Below, one piece after another: positions 12,201 through 23,331 of a stretch of 64,000 nt of DNA (its first letter is position 1; the number at the start of each line of letters is the position of its first letter). The translations under genes were made by a program, and so were the position numbers. The stretch is taken from assembly GCA_020184695.1 (NCBI GenBank), contig JAANOX010000002.1, forward strand, positions 502,873 through 566,872, in the 5' to 3' direction. The DNA comes from Histomonas meleagridis 2922-C6/04-290x. Lineage: Eukaryota > Protista > Parabasalia. The notes below the pieces were generated by a model that made no database searches, was not told the DNA's origin, and saw only the letters and a program-made list of their open reading frames with translations.

Positions 12201-13031
12201 TTTACATGATTATGTAATATATTAGTAGATGACCAATTTATATTAAATCATTTATTTATTAATGAATTCATTTTTTCATCACCAGTATATTATTGAATAT
12301 ATATTAATATAATATTTTTTCTCATATGAATAAGCTTATTCGAATATACATGTAAAAATTTATTCACCTAATTTTTATTGATATATTTATCATTGTTGAA
12401 CCTTAATAAAAAAATGATATACACAAAACATAGAAAAAAATATTTTTATTGTTTTTTGTAACAACTCAAGGATATGCTTATGTTAAAATATAAATATTAA
12501 TTTGTTCAGGATTATAAATTAGAACGTGTTTTGATTTTCAAGGTTTTGGTTGTTTTTATGCAAAGACCGTTATGGTGATAAAGCGGTTTGCCAACCGAAA
12601 CCTAAGATATTTCAATAGTTTATTGGTTATATGTCCCGCCAAAATTTAGCTTTGCAGGTTAAAAACCTTGGTTATTTCTTCTTTATAAAAAACTTTCTAT
12701 GAGTGATTTAGCATTTAGACCTTATAACAATTTTATTTTTTTTTGAACGTTTTATAAGAAACCATTAATATTAAGAAATTTCTAGGATCTGACGTTTTTA
12801 AAAATCTCAAAAATAAAATTTTTATTATGAAATCTATAAAAAGTTACAACAAAATCTGTCCTTGACTGAAAAAAAAGAAACAAATTTTACAGGAACCTTA
12901 TAAATTGAGAAACAGAACTTAGGTTATTTTATTGAACTTGAAAAGTTAACTGATCTAGCCGATAGCTATTGAAAATTTGAGTGAAGATGAGTGGCCGTTG
13001 CCTCTCAAATCGACGGCCAGGGATAATGACT

Positions 13032-13037
13032 TCACTT
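13032..13037 (+). promoter_or_regulatory. Initiator (Inr) element of PFOR
   Basis: TCACTT immediately before ATG 13038; fits the trichomonad Inr TCA(T/C)(T/A). Confidence 0.7.
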
Positions 13038-16000
13038 ATGCTTAGGAACTTCGGAAAGAGAGTCCCAGGAGACGGTAACACCGCCGCAGCTTCAGTTGCT
13101 TATGCTCTTAGTGAAGCATCATTCATTTATCCAATCACACCAGCAACCACAATGGGTGAATTAGTCGATGCATGGATCGCACAAGGAAAGAAGAACATTT
13201 GGGGTAATCCAGTCCACCTTAGAATGCTCGAATCAGAAGGTGGTGCTGCTGGTGCTGTTCATGGTGCAACATCAGTTGGTACTCTTACATCCTCTTTCAC
13301 AGCCTCACAAGGTCTTCTTCTTATGATCCCAGATCTTTACAAGATCGCTGGTGAATATTGCCCAGCAGTTCTCCATGTCACAGCTCGTTCACTTTCACTT
13401 GGTGGTCTTTCAATCTATAACGATCATGGTGATGTTTATTGCGCACGTTCCACTAACATGCCAATGCTCTGCTCCAATGGAGTTCAAGAAGCCCACGATC
13501 TTGCTGCCATTGCTCACTTAACAACAATCAAGACAGGTCTTCCATTCCTTCACTTCTTCGATGGCTTCCGTACATCCCACGAAATCAACACATATGAAGA
13601 AATTGATTATGATGTTCTCCGTAAACTTGTCGATGAAGATGCAATTGCCCGCATGCGTAAACGCTCATTAAACCCAGAACATCCAAGCGTTCGTGGTACC
13701 ATTGTTGGTCCAGAATATGTTTGGCAATCAGCCGAAAAGCCAGCCCGTGTATATGGCAGACTCGATAAGGAAGTCGAAGACATGATGGATCGCTTTGCTA
13801 AGCTCACAGGTCGTCACTACAAGCCAGTTCAATATGTTGGTACACCAAATGATGAATATGCAATTGTCATGCTTGGCTCAGGTAACGATACTGTTGAAGA
13901 ATATATCCGTACACACCCAGGATGCAAGATTGGTCTTGTTAAGATCCATCTTTACCGTCCATTCAAGGCCGAACGTATTCTTGCTGCTCTTCCACCATCA
14001 GTTAAAAGAATCTGTGTCATGGATAAAGTCCGTGATATCACTGGTGTTCGTGAACCACTTTACCTCGATGTTGCAGCAGCCCTCCAAAACAAACGTAACG
14101 TTGAAATCATTGGCGGCCGTTATGGAATTGGTAGCAAAGATTTCGCCCCACAACACGTTGAAGCTATTGCTAAGAACCTCGTCTTACCTAAGCCAAAGGA
14201 TCAATTCACAGTTGGCCTTAACGATCCACAAACAGCTATCCCAGTTGGAGAACCAAAGGATTATCTCCCAAGCTCAACACGCCAATGCCTCTTCTGGGGT
14301 CTTGGTGCTGATGGTACAGTCGGTGCTAACAAACAAGCTATCAAGCTCATTGTTTCTAACACAAAGCTTTATGGTCAAGCTTACTTCGCTTACGATGCAC
14401 ACAAGTCTGGTGGTTTAACACTCTCTCACCTTCGTTTCGGTGAAAAGCCAATCGATGCACCATACTATGTCCAACAAGCAGACTATGTTGCATGTCATTG
14501 CCCATCTTACCTTAAGAAGTTCGATACAATTTCACAACTCAAGCAAAACGGTACATTCGTTATGAACATTGCTGAAGGTACAGACTTCGATAAGGCACTC
14601 CCAGCTTCAATGCGTAAGAAGCTTGCCGAACGTAACGCTAAGATCTATTATATCGATGCTACAGCACTTTCATACAAACTCGGTATCCCAGGACGTATCA
14701 ACATGATCATGCAAACAGTCTTCTTCGCACTTGCTAATGTTCTTCCACAAGAGAAATGCATCCCACTCCTTAAGGAATCAATCGCTAAGCAATATGCTCG
14801 TAAGGGTAAGGACGTCATCCAAAAGAACCAAGCAGCTGTTGACTCAGCACTCGCTGGTATCCATGAACTTAAGTACGACAGAGAAGCATGGTTGAAGCTT
14901 ACACCAGAAACCAAACATGACGAAACAGGCTTCGACAAGATCGTCCAATGCTCAATCGAAAACCGTGGTGATGATATTTCTGTTGATGAAATCTCAGATT
15001 ACACTGAAATCCCAGCCGGTACAGCCAAGAAAGAAAAGCGTGGTATCGCTGTCCAACTTCCAACATGGAACTCAAAGGTATGTATCCAATGCAACCAATG
15101 CTCAATCGTTTGCCCACACGCTGTCATCCGTCCATATCTTCTTAACGACTCAGAAGCTAAAGGACTTGTTACAGTTGCCGCTAAAGGTAAAGAACTTAAG
15201 GGTCTCAAGTACCGCATTCAAATCTCTCCACTCGATTGCACAGGCTGTGGTGTTTGCGTCAACGTTTGCCCAGTCAATGCATTATCAATGGTTCCATTCG
15301 AAAAGATTGCTGACCAAGAAAAGAAGAATTTCGAACAATGCAGCGCAGCTCCAAACAGAGGAAATCTCGTCAGTCCTAAGACAGTCCGTGGCTCACAATT
15401 CCAATTACCACTTGTTGAATACAACGGTGCATGCCCAGGATGTGGTGAACCAGCTATCATCAAGCTCCTTACACAATTATATGGCGACCAACTTTACATG
15501 GCATGCGCTACTGGCTGCTCACTCATTTGGGGTGCTACATATCCATTCAACCCATTCTGCACTAATGATAAGGGACATGGTCCAGCTTGGGCTAACTCAT
15601 TATTCGAAGATAACGCCGAATTCGGTTATGGTATCTTTGAAGGTGTTCAAGCACGTCGTACAATTGCTAAGAACCTCATCAAGAACATTGTCAAGGCAGG
15701 AAAGGTCTCAGGTGAACTTAAGAACCTCTTCGAACAACTCCTCGAAAACTACGAATCCAAGAAGTCCATCGAAATTGCTGCTAAGATCCAACCACTTCTT
15801 AAGGCACTTCCAGACAATGATGCCGACATCAAGCGTCTCAAGGCACAAGCTGATGTTCTCGCCCGTAAGTCCGTATGGATCATGGGTGGTGATGGCTGGG
15901 CCTACGATATCGGCTATGGTGGCTTAGATCACGTTCTCGCATCTGGTGAAAACGTCAAAGTTGTTGTTCTTGATACTGAAGTTTACTCCAACACTGGTGG

Positions 16001-16517
16001 TCAATGCTCCAAGGCTACACAACGTGGTGCTGTCGCTAACTTCTCTGTTGCTGGTTACACCAAGCAAAAGAAGGATCTCGGTGCTATCGCTATGACATAT
16101 GGAAACATTTATGTTGCTAACACATGCTTACTCGCTGATCCACAACAAGCTCTTAAGGCTTTGGTCGAAGCTGAAGAATATGACGGCCCAGCACTCATCA
16201 TCAACTACTCACCATGCATCAACCACGGCGTCAAGAAGGGACTTGGTTCAACTCCAAAGCACTGCAAGGATCTCGTCAAGTCTGGCTACATCGTCCTCTA
16301 CCGCTATGACCCACGCCGCGCTGCTGAAGGCAAAGTCGCATTCCAACTCGACTCTAAGGAACCAAACTATGACATTGCACCACTTGTCAAGTCTGAAAAC
16401 CGTTTCGCTTCACTTGTCGATCTTTATCCAAACGAAGCCAAGGTCAAGCACCCACAACTTATCGCCGATCTTAAGCACCGTTACAATTACTATGCTTCAC
16501 TTGCCAAGAAGAACTAG
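13038..16517 (+). CDS. PFOR: Hydrogenosomal pyruvate:ferredoxin oxidoreductase
   Basis: True start is Met20 of the listed ORF (MLRNF-GKRVPGDGN, short targeting presequence). Motifs: YPITP, two 4Fe-4S motifs (CIQCNQCSIVCP, CTGCGVCVNVCP), ACPGCGE and TPP-binding GDGWAYDIG. Strong high-expression codon bias. Confidence 0.97.
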   Translation: MLRNFGKRVPGDGNTAAASVAYALSEASFIYPITPATTMGELVDAWIAQGKKNIWGNPVHLRMLESEGGAAGAVHGATSVGTLTSSFTASQGLLLMIPDLYKIAGEYCPAVLHVTARSLSLGGLSIYNDHGDVYCARSTNMPMLCSNGVQEAHDLAAIAHLTTIKTGLPFLHFFDGFRTSHEINTYEEIDYDVLRKLVDEDAIARMRKRSLNPEHPSVRGTIVGPEYVWQSAEKPARVYGRLDKEVEDMMDRFAKLTGRHYKPVQYVGTPNDEYAIVMLGSGNDTVEEYIRTHPGCKIGLVKIHLYRPFKAERILAALPPSVKRICVMDKVRDITGVREPLYLDVAAALQNKRNVEIIGGRYGIGSKDFAPQHVEAIAKNLVLPKPKDQFTVGLNDPQTAIPVGEPKDYLPSSTRQCLFWGLGADGTVGANKQAIKLIVSNTKLYGQAYFAYDAHKSGGLTLSHLRFGEKPIDAPYYVQQADYVACHCPSYLKKFDTISQLKQNGTFVMNIAEGTDFDKALPASMRKKLAERNAKIYYIDATALSYKLGIPGRINMIMQTVFFALANVLPQEKCIPLLKESIAKQYARKGKDVIQKNQAAVDSALAGIHELKYDREAWLKLTPETKHDETGFDKIVQCSIENRGDDISVDEISDYTEIPAGTAKKEKRGIAVQLPTWNSKVCIQCNQCSIVCPHAVIRPYLLNDSEAKGLVTVAAKGKELKGLKYRIQISPLDCTGCGVCVNVCPVNALSMVPFEKIADQEKKNFEQCSAAPNRGNLVSPKTVRGSQFQLPLVEYNGACPGCGEPAIIKLLTQLYGDQLYMACATGCSLIWGATYPFNPFCTNDKGHGPAWANSLFEDNAEFGYGIFEGVQARRTIAKNLIKNIVKAGKVSGELKNLFEQLLENYESKKSIEIAAKIQPLLKALPDNDADIKRLKAQADVLARKSVWIMGGDGWAYDIGYGGLDHVLASGENVKVVVLDTEVYSNTGGQCSKATQRGAVANFSVAGYTKQKKDLGAIAMTYGNIYVANTCLLADPQQALKALVEAEEYDGPALIINYSPCINHGVKKGLGSTPKHCKDLVKSGYIVLYRYDPRRAAEGKVAFQLDSKEPNYDIAPLVKSENRFASLVDLYPNEAKVKHPQLIADLKHRYNYYASLAKKN

Positions 16518-16677
16518 AGTTTCAGAAATAAAATGCCTTAATTAATAATATTATTATTATGATTATCTTTTGTAATTGTTTTATTAATTCATCCACTGCA
16601 AAATCTTTTAAAAATAATATTTAGAACGTAATATGGCACCACGATGTAAAAGTCGTTGAAAATGTTTATTTTTAATG

Positions 16678-17600
16678 TTAAATATTCGACGAATTAATTG
16701 TAAATAGTGAAAGTGATTTTGTTTGTATTTCATAATAAGAAAATGAATATGTAAATGATAATGTGGCTGTTAATAAATATGAAAAAGATTTCGTTATATC
16801 ATTTTGAAATGATTCAGTAAATGCATTCGACTTTGAATATGTATTACTACAACTGAATGCATTTGACTGAGAATATGTATTACTTCGACTGAATGTATTT
16901 GACTGAGAATATGTATGTGAAGCTGAAAATGAAAGTGTTGGAATTGGTTTGCAATTTCCTTCTGCTGATTTGATAACATTTAATGCGCCAAAGTTACTTT
17001 TTATATATGTTGGATATGTTATAACTGTTGTTGCAACATTAAAAAATGCTTTTTCTCCAATATCTGGTTCTGTGTCGCCATAATAATAAATGCATTCAAG
17101 TGCATCACAATTACCAAATGCTGAACCTCCAATTTCTTTTATTCCATAGCCAAGTGTTAACATTATTAAATTAGAACATGATGAAAATGCTGAATTACCA
17201 ATCGATGCGACTGAATTTGGAATTGTAATGTTTTTGATTGATGAACATGCTGAAAATGCTGAACCGCCAATTGCTGTAACATTTTCTCCAAAAATAATCG
17301 TTTCTAAATTATGCACCGTTTTCGATTAGGTGCTGTTTCATTCGAATGTTTATTTATGCATTTTGGTATGAAGATTGAAAAAAAAATTATTCAATTAATG
17401 ACAATCATAAATATTTATGTTAAACCACAAGCTCAGAAATATTTAAAAGAAAGTTTGGGAAATATTGGAAATACAATATTGACGAATTCATCATTCTTTG
17501 CATATCAGGCAATTGAATAACCATCATTAGAGAGATATAATTTTTCTCTTATAGAGAGAACATTTTTTATATCTCACCGAATAGAAATAAATTAATTTAA
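16678..17600 (-). pseudogene. BspA-like (TpLRR) surface protein, degenerate
   Basis: TpLRR repeats (VTAIGGSAFSACSSIKNITIPNSVASIGNSAF) and an S/T-rich SNT(F/Y)S stalk. The ORF starts at GTG, upstream frames contain stops, and there is no TM tail. Confidence 0.75.
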
Positions 17601-17780
17601 AAGAAATAAAAGAACAGATACTTGATAATTACCAAATGGTTGCTCATAAATCAAATTATAATCCATTGGATTTAAAGTCAAAGTTTCCATCATTATGTGG
17701 AAAACAAAAGAGAAATTTACCCAAATTCATTGAAGAAAAAGAATTGTATGAGAACAAGAAAAAGTAAAAAGAAGATGAGT

Positions 17781-18356
17781 TTAAAATATTTTACATATCT
17801 CTTTGTTTAGTATTTTTTCTTTCTTTGCCTGGTTTGCTTGGGTCATGTAGTTTTTTCTATTTAAAATTTCTTTTGCAAGTTCAGTGAACATTTCGGTGAT
17901 ATTTGTATTATTTAATGCTGATGTCTCGAAGAAGGTTGCACCTAATTTTTTTGCAAGATCTTCTCCTTCAGTTTTGCTGACAACCCGGACGTCTTCCTGA
18001 TCACACTTATTCCCACAAAGAAAAACTGGATCCAAAATTATACCGCGATTCAGCTTGATATCACGATACCAAGATTTAACACCTTCGAAGCTCCAGCGAG
18101 AATCTATTGCATAAACAATAATAAAAGCATTTGCCTTCCTCCGAAATGAAATACGAAGTGCAGAAAAGTCATCAGAACCTCCTATGTCAAGTATACTAAA
18201 TTGAATATTTTTGTCATCAATTTTAATTGTACGCCTGTAAACATGCTCTATTATTGGATCGAAATTAGCTTCAAAAAAATCTTGCACAAATCGAATTGTA
18301 ATTGCAGATTTTCCAGACGGACCAGATCCAAGCATCATCACAGAGAAGTCACACAT
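17781..18356 (-). CDS. Ras-subfamily small GTPase with CaaX (CKIF)
   Basis: GSGPSGKS, FDPIIE, DIGG, NKCD, ETSA; C-terminal CKIF. Confidence 0.9.
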   Translation of the reverse strand: MCDFSVMMLGSGPSGKSAITIRFVQDFFEANFDPIIEHVYRRTIKIDDKNIQFSILDIGGSDDFSALRISFRRKANAFIIVYAIDSRWSFEGVKSWYRDIKLNRGIILDPVFLCGNKCDQEDVRVVSKTEGEDLAKKLGATFFETSALNNTNITEMFTELAKEILNRKNYMTQANQAKKEKILNKEICKIF

Positions 18357-18542
18357 AAAAAAATCCTTTAGGCAACTGCCTGATGAAGTCCATTGGACAT
18401 GTCAAAAAATGCAAAAACGATCGAAACAAATACAAAAAGAGAAATTAGTCAAAATATTTTAAAGCTTAAAATAAAAACTGGAAAAACGAATTAATAATTA
18501 TCAAACAACAAAGCCAAAAGCCTAAGCTTAATTCACATGTTT

Positions 18543-21110
18543 TTACTGAATTGCAAAAATATGATCGACATCTTCTTTTGTCCTTATCACAATTTCCTGA
18601 CTTTCAACTTCGGTCTTCTTTATTGCCTCCAACTTCACAAGCTCGTTCATTGATAAGACGAAAAGTTCTTGTACCATTTGGTTTGCCCTTTCATTTTGGA
18701 GGAACAAAAGAAGAAACTCAGTCAGCGACCTATCGAACAAAACGTTGATGAGGAAAGATACAATTTTCACTTCTTTTGGTGGTCGTTCGTTGAACTTAAA
18801 GAAATTGGGCTTATTGAATTTTCTAGATAGACCATTGATCTTACTCCAAAGGAAAGCATATTCTTTTGAGCGTACAAGCAAGTGATTGTTTTTCACGATT
18901 ATTGCCATTAATTGAATTAATGATGCAATAATATATGATAGATCAGATGGTGGTCTTTTGCCAGCAAATTCGGTAGTAGGTATAAGTTCTTGAGTGATAG
19001 AGTTCATAAAACGTGGAATTCGATTTGAGAAAATGATATGAGGTGCATTAATTCCTTGATATGGAAGTGGTCCAAGTTTTGGCTCTACTTGATCAAAAGG
19101 CTTACATGATAATGCACAAATATCATTACAGAATGAGTCACATCTCATGAATGCATCAGGGAAATAATTGTTGATGATAAAATCTTGTTCGTTCTTGACG
19201 GTTTCAAAGAAAAAGTTAATAAAACCGTGCTTGTAAAGTCCTATGAAAAAGTTCTCGAAATCGGTTTCCTCTGAAAATGACATCATCTTCAGCGACTCGT
19301 TGATGAGGCCGATCGGATACTTCAATACGGCAAGTTGCTTGGAGATTTGCTTTAGCTTGCTGGAACGGCCTTGAAGGAAGAGCCCACATGCAGCAACTGG
19401 CTGTTGAGGAGGAGGAAGTTCCTTGAATTGCTTCATGGTCTCAGTATATATGTCAAAAATCTCCTTAGGAGGAGTGTATCCTGAGCGTTTAAGGGCAGCC
19501 TGGAAGTTTGGTGGGAATGATTTGACAATTTCTTCAATATCATATGTGCTTTGAAGAGTCTTGGTTTCACCAACCGTGGGCACAACCAAAGCGTTAGAGT
19601 ACAAAATTGAGGAGAATGCGTTGTTAGGGACTTGGAATGGAATAATCTCTTCTTCAATATCTGGAATATCGAGAAATGGGTATGAACCTGGTTTCTCTTT
19701 AAGTCCAAATTGAGCACAGTTTTGGGAAATTAGGGTTGTGATATCGGGCGGTTTCTCATTTCGAGGAAGTTGAGCTAATTTTTCAAGTTTGTCGTTCATA
19801 CGACGCTGGAAATTCACTGGGTCATTGTATAGTCTTGATTCGGAAACTTGTTTTTTGCTGACTTCAGATGTTTGAGATGCCTTCTTTGATTTAGATTGCT
19901 CTTTCTCGCTTTCGGGCCATGGGTTCTTATCAGCTGGGATGAAATCTGAGGTCTCGATGACAACCGACTTCTTTGGTTTTGGTGCATTATCTTTTCCTTT
20001 TCCGAGAAGAGCATTCTTTTTCTTTTCCATCTCATTGTTTTCCTTGGAAATGAACTGTGGGGTTTCTTTTTCTTTCTTTGGAGCAGGAGCTTCTTCATCA
20101 TCGTTAACATTCTTTCCTGACTTCTTCTTAACTCTTTTTTTTGGTTTGTCTTTAGCTTTCCTAGACTTTGTCTTAATAACTTTCTTCTTCTTTTTAACTT
20201 GTTTCTTTTGTTCTTCGTCTTCTTTTTCGCTTTCTTCTTCTTTTTCAGCGGTTTGGGGTGCCCCTTCTTCCTCTTCTTCAAATTGGGGCAGTCCAAGAAA
20301 ATCGTCATCTTCTTCCTCAACTTCTGCTTCGATTACGACATCGTTATGTTTTGCGCCATCATTAGCTTCGATGCTTTCGAATATTTCATCGGGAATATCA
20401 GGAATATTTGTCTCGCCAATGAAGAAATCAGGAATTGTCTTAAGATCATCAGGCTCTGAGTTAACTGCAAGAATGAGTCTTCTTGAATCTTCGATTTTTT
20501 CACATGTGATTGTATTGGATGATACTCCATTCTTATAAAGATGAATTTTGAGTGCTTCATTGAGATTTGGTAAAGCTTTGGTAACTGGGGCACGTGGTAA
20601 TTCGACAACAGTTTTGCCTTGACGTGAAATTGAAATACCATCATTCGTAATATATAAACGACTCTTAAGAAAAGATCCTTCCATGTTAAGCTTGCACTTA
20701 AATTCAGCAATTCTAAGTTTCAATCCTTTAATATCTTCAACTCCATTATTAATCCATTTTGCCCATAAGTCGATTGCTTTTTGATTCTTTGATTTTAACT
20801 TGATTGTGTGGATATTTTCGAACTCGTTTGACTGAAGAACAATGGATCTATGGTTTTTGCTTTTTTTAACAGAACATTCCCATTGTGGAAGGTAAAGGTT
20901 TAAAGTTGGGACAGTTTGTGTAGGATCAACTATAAGTAAGAATGGGCCTGAAAGTTGGCATTGACGTTTAGTTGAATGCTTCTCATTAGATGTTGTATCA
21001 TCAGTCCAGACAGAGAAAGGATGGTTTAACATTCGCGCGAGGAGCTTATCAATTTCTACTGTATCACTTTCTACTTCCTCCTTAGTTACTTCTGTTGTTG
21101 TTGTAGCCAT
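18543..21110 (-). CDS. Large hypothetical protein: PH-like N-terminus, acidic/Lys-rich linker, RUN-like C-terminal domain
   Basis: ATG at 21110 (MATTTT). C-terminal CGLFLQG...FFIGLYKHG...NNYFPDAFMRCD resembles RUN blocks (inference). Confidence 0.6.
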   Translation of the reverse strand: MATTTTEVTKEEVESDTVEIDKLLARMLNHPFSVWTDDTTSNEKHSTKRQCQLSGPFLLIVDPTQTVPTLNLYLPQWECSVKKSKNHRSIVLQSNEFENIHTIKLKSKNQKAIDLWAKWINNGVEDIKGLKLRIAEFKCKLNMEGSFLKSRLYITNDGISISRQGKTVVELPRAPVTKALPNLNEALKIHLYKNGVSSNTITCEKIEDSRRLILAVNSEPDDLKTIPDFFIGETNIPDIPDEIFESIEANDGAKHNDVVIEAEVEEEDDDFLGLPQFEEEEEGAPQTAEKEEESEKEDEEQKKQVKKKKKVIKTKSRKAKDKPKKRVKKKSGKNVNDDEEAPAPKKEKETPQFISKENNEMEKKKNALLGKGKDNAPKPKKSVVIETSDFIPADKNPWPESEKEQSKSKKASQTSEVSKKQVSESRLYNDPVNFQRRMNDKLEKLAQLPRNEKPPDITTLISQNCAQFGLKEKPGSYPFLDIPDIEEEIIPFQVPNNAFSSILYSNALVVPTVGETKTLQSTYDIEEIVKSFPPNFQAALKRSGYTPPKEIFDIYTETMKQFKELPPPQQPVAACGLFLQGRSSKLKQISKQLAVLKYPIGLINESLKMMSFSEETDFENFFIGLYKHGFINFFFETVKNEQDFIINNYFPDAFMRCDSFCNDICALSCKPFDQVEPKLGPLPYQGINAPHIIFSNRIPRFMNSITQELIPTTEFAGKRPPSDLSYIIASLIQLMAIIVKNNHLLVRSKEYAFLWSKINGLSRKFNKPNFFKFNERPPKEVKIVSFLINVLFDRSLTEFLLLFLQNERANQMVQELFVLSMNELVKLEAIKKTEVESQEIVIRTKEDVDHIFAIQ

Positions 21111-21616
21111 TTGTTGGTATTTTCTGCTACTTCCAATTGAATGCAATTAACTTCCCTAACCGCTACTTTTGATCGAAAGTTGAGTTGTTTATTCAATTAC
21201 TGGTTGTGCTCAACTCATAAATTGCTGCTAAACGCAAGTTACAAATCAAAACTTAGGTTAAAATATTTGCATTTTCATATAAATAAAAGGAGATATTGTG
21301 GGCGAATAACTTTTTTTAATTTTTTTAGGTAAAATGTTTTAAATTTAATTCCAATTAAACATATTTTTAAGAGGTTAAAAAAAGGTTATATGATGTTTAA
21401 CTAAAGTGCATAGTTTTGAATATGATAAAGCAAAATGAATTGATTGTCAATTCATTATTTTTCATAATGCTTTTCAGATAATGTTCACTATCGAATCCAA
21501 TTGAAGAAATTTTAAATATTCAATATTGTTCATGAAGATTAACGAGATATTTTTCGCTAAAGAAAAAAATCGATTCAAGCCTGAATAACGTATTTCTATA
21601 GAAGTGTCGATCATAT

Positions 21617-21639
21617 AACCGTTCATATTGTGTGCCTTT
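21617..21639 (+). promoter_or_regulatory. M3-M5 core promoter unit of the phosphatase gene
   Basis: AACCGTT (21617-23) then CCTTT (21635-39), 4 nt before ATG 21644; this is the trichomonad M3/M5 arrangement. Confidence 0.65.
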
Positions 21640-21643
21640 AAAA

Positions 21644-22570
21644 ATGGGAACAATTGGAGGTGATATCAAACAAATTTCTTCTGATTTATGGGATTGTAAG
21701 CTACCAACAAAAGAAGATGCTAAGCTCTTGTTAAACAAGGCAAAAGAAATTCTTACATCAGAGCCAACTATCCTTAAATTAAACGCACCAATTACTGTTT
21801 GTGGTGATATTCATGGACAATTTTATGATCTTTTAGAACTATTTGCAGTAGGAGGTCGACCTCCAGAACAAAATTTCATATTTCTTGGAGATTATGTAGA
21901 TCGAGGTTATTATAGTACCGAAACCTTTTTCCTTCTTCTTTCTCTCAAGATACTTTATCCTCGTAAGATTTATCTTTTAAGAGGGAATCATGAAAGTCAA
22001 CAAGTAACTGAAGATTATGGCTTTTATGAAGAAATCATACGGAAATATAATGATACAGAACTTTATCACCAATGCATTGAAGTATTCAATGCGCTTCCGC
22101 TCTCAGCGACCATTAACAAGAGCATTTTATGTGTTCATGGCGGGCTTAGTCCAGATCTCAAATATCTTTCCGATATTTCTGACTTGGATCGTTTTCAAGA
22201 ACCACCACAGTATGGTCTTTTCTCTGATATTCTTTGGTCTGATCCAGATGATCGAGATGGATTTAATCAGTCACCTCGCGGAGCAGGTTATGTGTTTGGA
22301 GGGGATGTAACAAAAGCTTTTTTGCAACAGAATGAGTTACAGTTCATCTGTAGAGCACACCAAGTCGCTAACGATGGATACGAAAAATGGTTCAACGGTT
22401 TGCTATACACTGTGTGGTCAGCGCCAAACTACTGCTACAGGGGCGGAAACTTAGCATCAATATTCGAAATAACAACTCCGACAAGGACAAAATTTAAATT
22501 GTTTAAAGAGGCGCCGGCAAGCGCAAGAGGAAATATTCCACAAACTGAAGTACCGCGTTACTTTGTGTAG
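21644..22570 (+). CDS. Ser/Thr protein phosphatase catalytic subunit, PP2A/PP4/PP6 group
   Basis: GDIHGQ, GDYVDRG, RGNHES, HGGLSP, WSDP, RAHQ and WSAPNYCY motifs; first ATG at 21644. Confidence 0.93.
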   Translation: MGTIGGDIKQISSDLWDCKLPTKEDAKLLLNKAKEILTSEPTILKLNAPITVCGDIHGQFYDLLELFAVGGRPPEQNFIFLGDYVDRGYYSTETFFLLLSLKILYPRKIYLLRGNHESQQVTEDYGFYEEIIRKYNDTELYHQCIEVFNALPLSATINKSILCVHGGLSPDLKYLSDISDLDRFQEPPQYGLFSDILWSDPDDRDGFNQSPRGAGYVFGGDVTKAFLQQNELQFICRAHQVANDGYEKWFNGLLYTVWSAPNYCYRGGNLASIFEITTPTRTKFKLFKEAPASARGNIPQTEVPRYFV

Positions 22571-23331
22571 ATAAATATCAAATAATTTTGGTTTGAAAAA
22601 AAATAAATTGATAAGGTTAAATGCTTTTGAGGAATTCATCGAATCTTAGTTCTAAATAAATGATATCATTTTGTTTATTAATAAATTTAAAGACATAATG
22701 CAAATTATGATTGAAAAATATAAGAATTATTATATAAGCTTAAAGCAGAGGGTGACAATCGGATTTGAATGGAAAACGATTAAAGGGCCCCATTTGGATA
22801 AACTAATCAATTAATTATTGTCACTTTTTATTTGCTTCCAAAAAAAAAAAACAACAAAAATCATTCAAAATGCTTTTTTAACAAAAATAATGAACTGGAA
22901 CTGAAAGGCTAAGGATTATATTCAAGGTCTTCCATCATACCTTCAAATTGATCGATTGAAATGGTACGACCAAATATATATTGAATTTTAAATAAACAAT
23001 ATCTTAAAATTTAGTTGGTAAAAGTTTTAATAATTGTTATATTTCATTGAAATAAGTATGCAAATGATTATTTTAGGATTAAAAAAAAATCGTAGGAGCG
23101 AATTTCGCAAAAAAATGATTTTAGTTTTTGTATGTAAAGTATTCAAACAAACAACTTTTACAATTGTTTTTAATCGTGAATTTCACTTTTTGTATTTCTT
23201 TCACTTTTTGAGCTCGTTTTTATCGTCGCGTGTTAAACTCAAATTCAGCTACACATTCCTTTTTGAATTTTATTTCAAAAAAATTTTATAGCCTCCATCA
23301 AAAAGTTAAAACCGTTAGATGCATCCCCAGA

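Noticed and set aside
13607-16545. Several long overlapping ORFs within PFOR (up to 336 aa)
   Set aside because: These are shadow frames produced by the strong codon bias of PFOR; no recognisable motifs.
19433-20710. Alternative-frame ORFs in the RUN-like gene
   Set aside because: Low-complexity Lys/Glu coding sequence produces open shadow frames.
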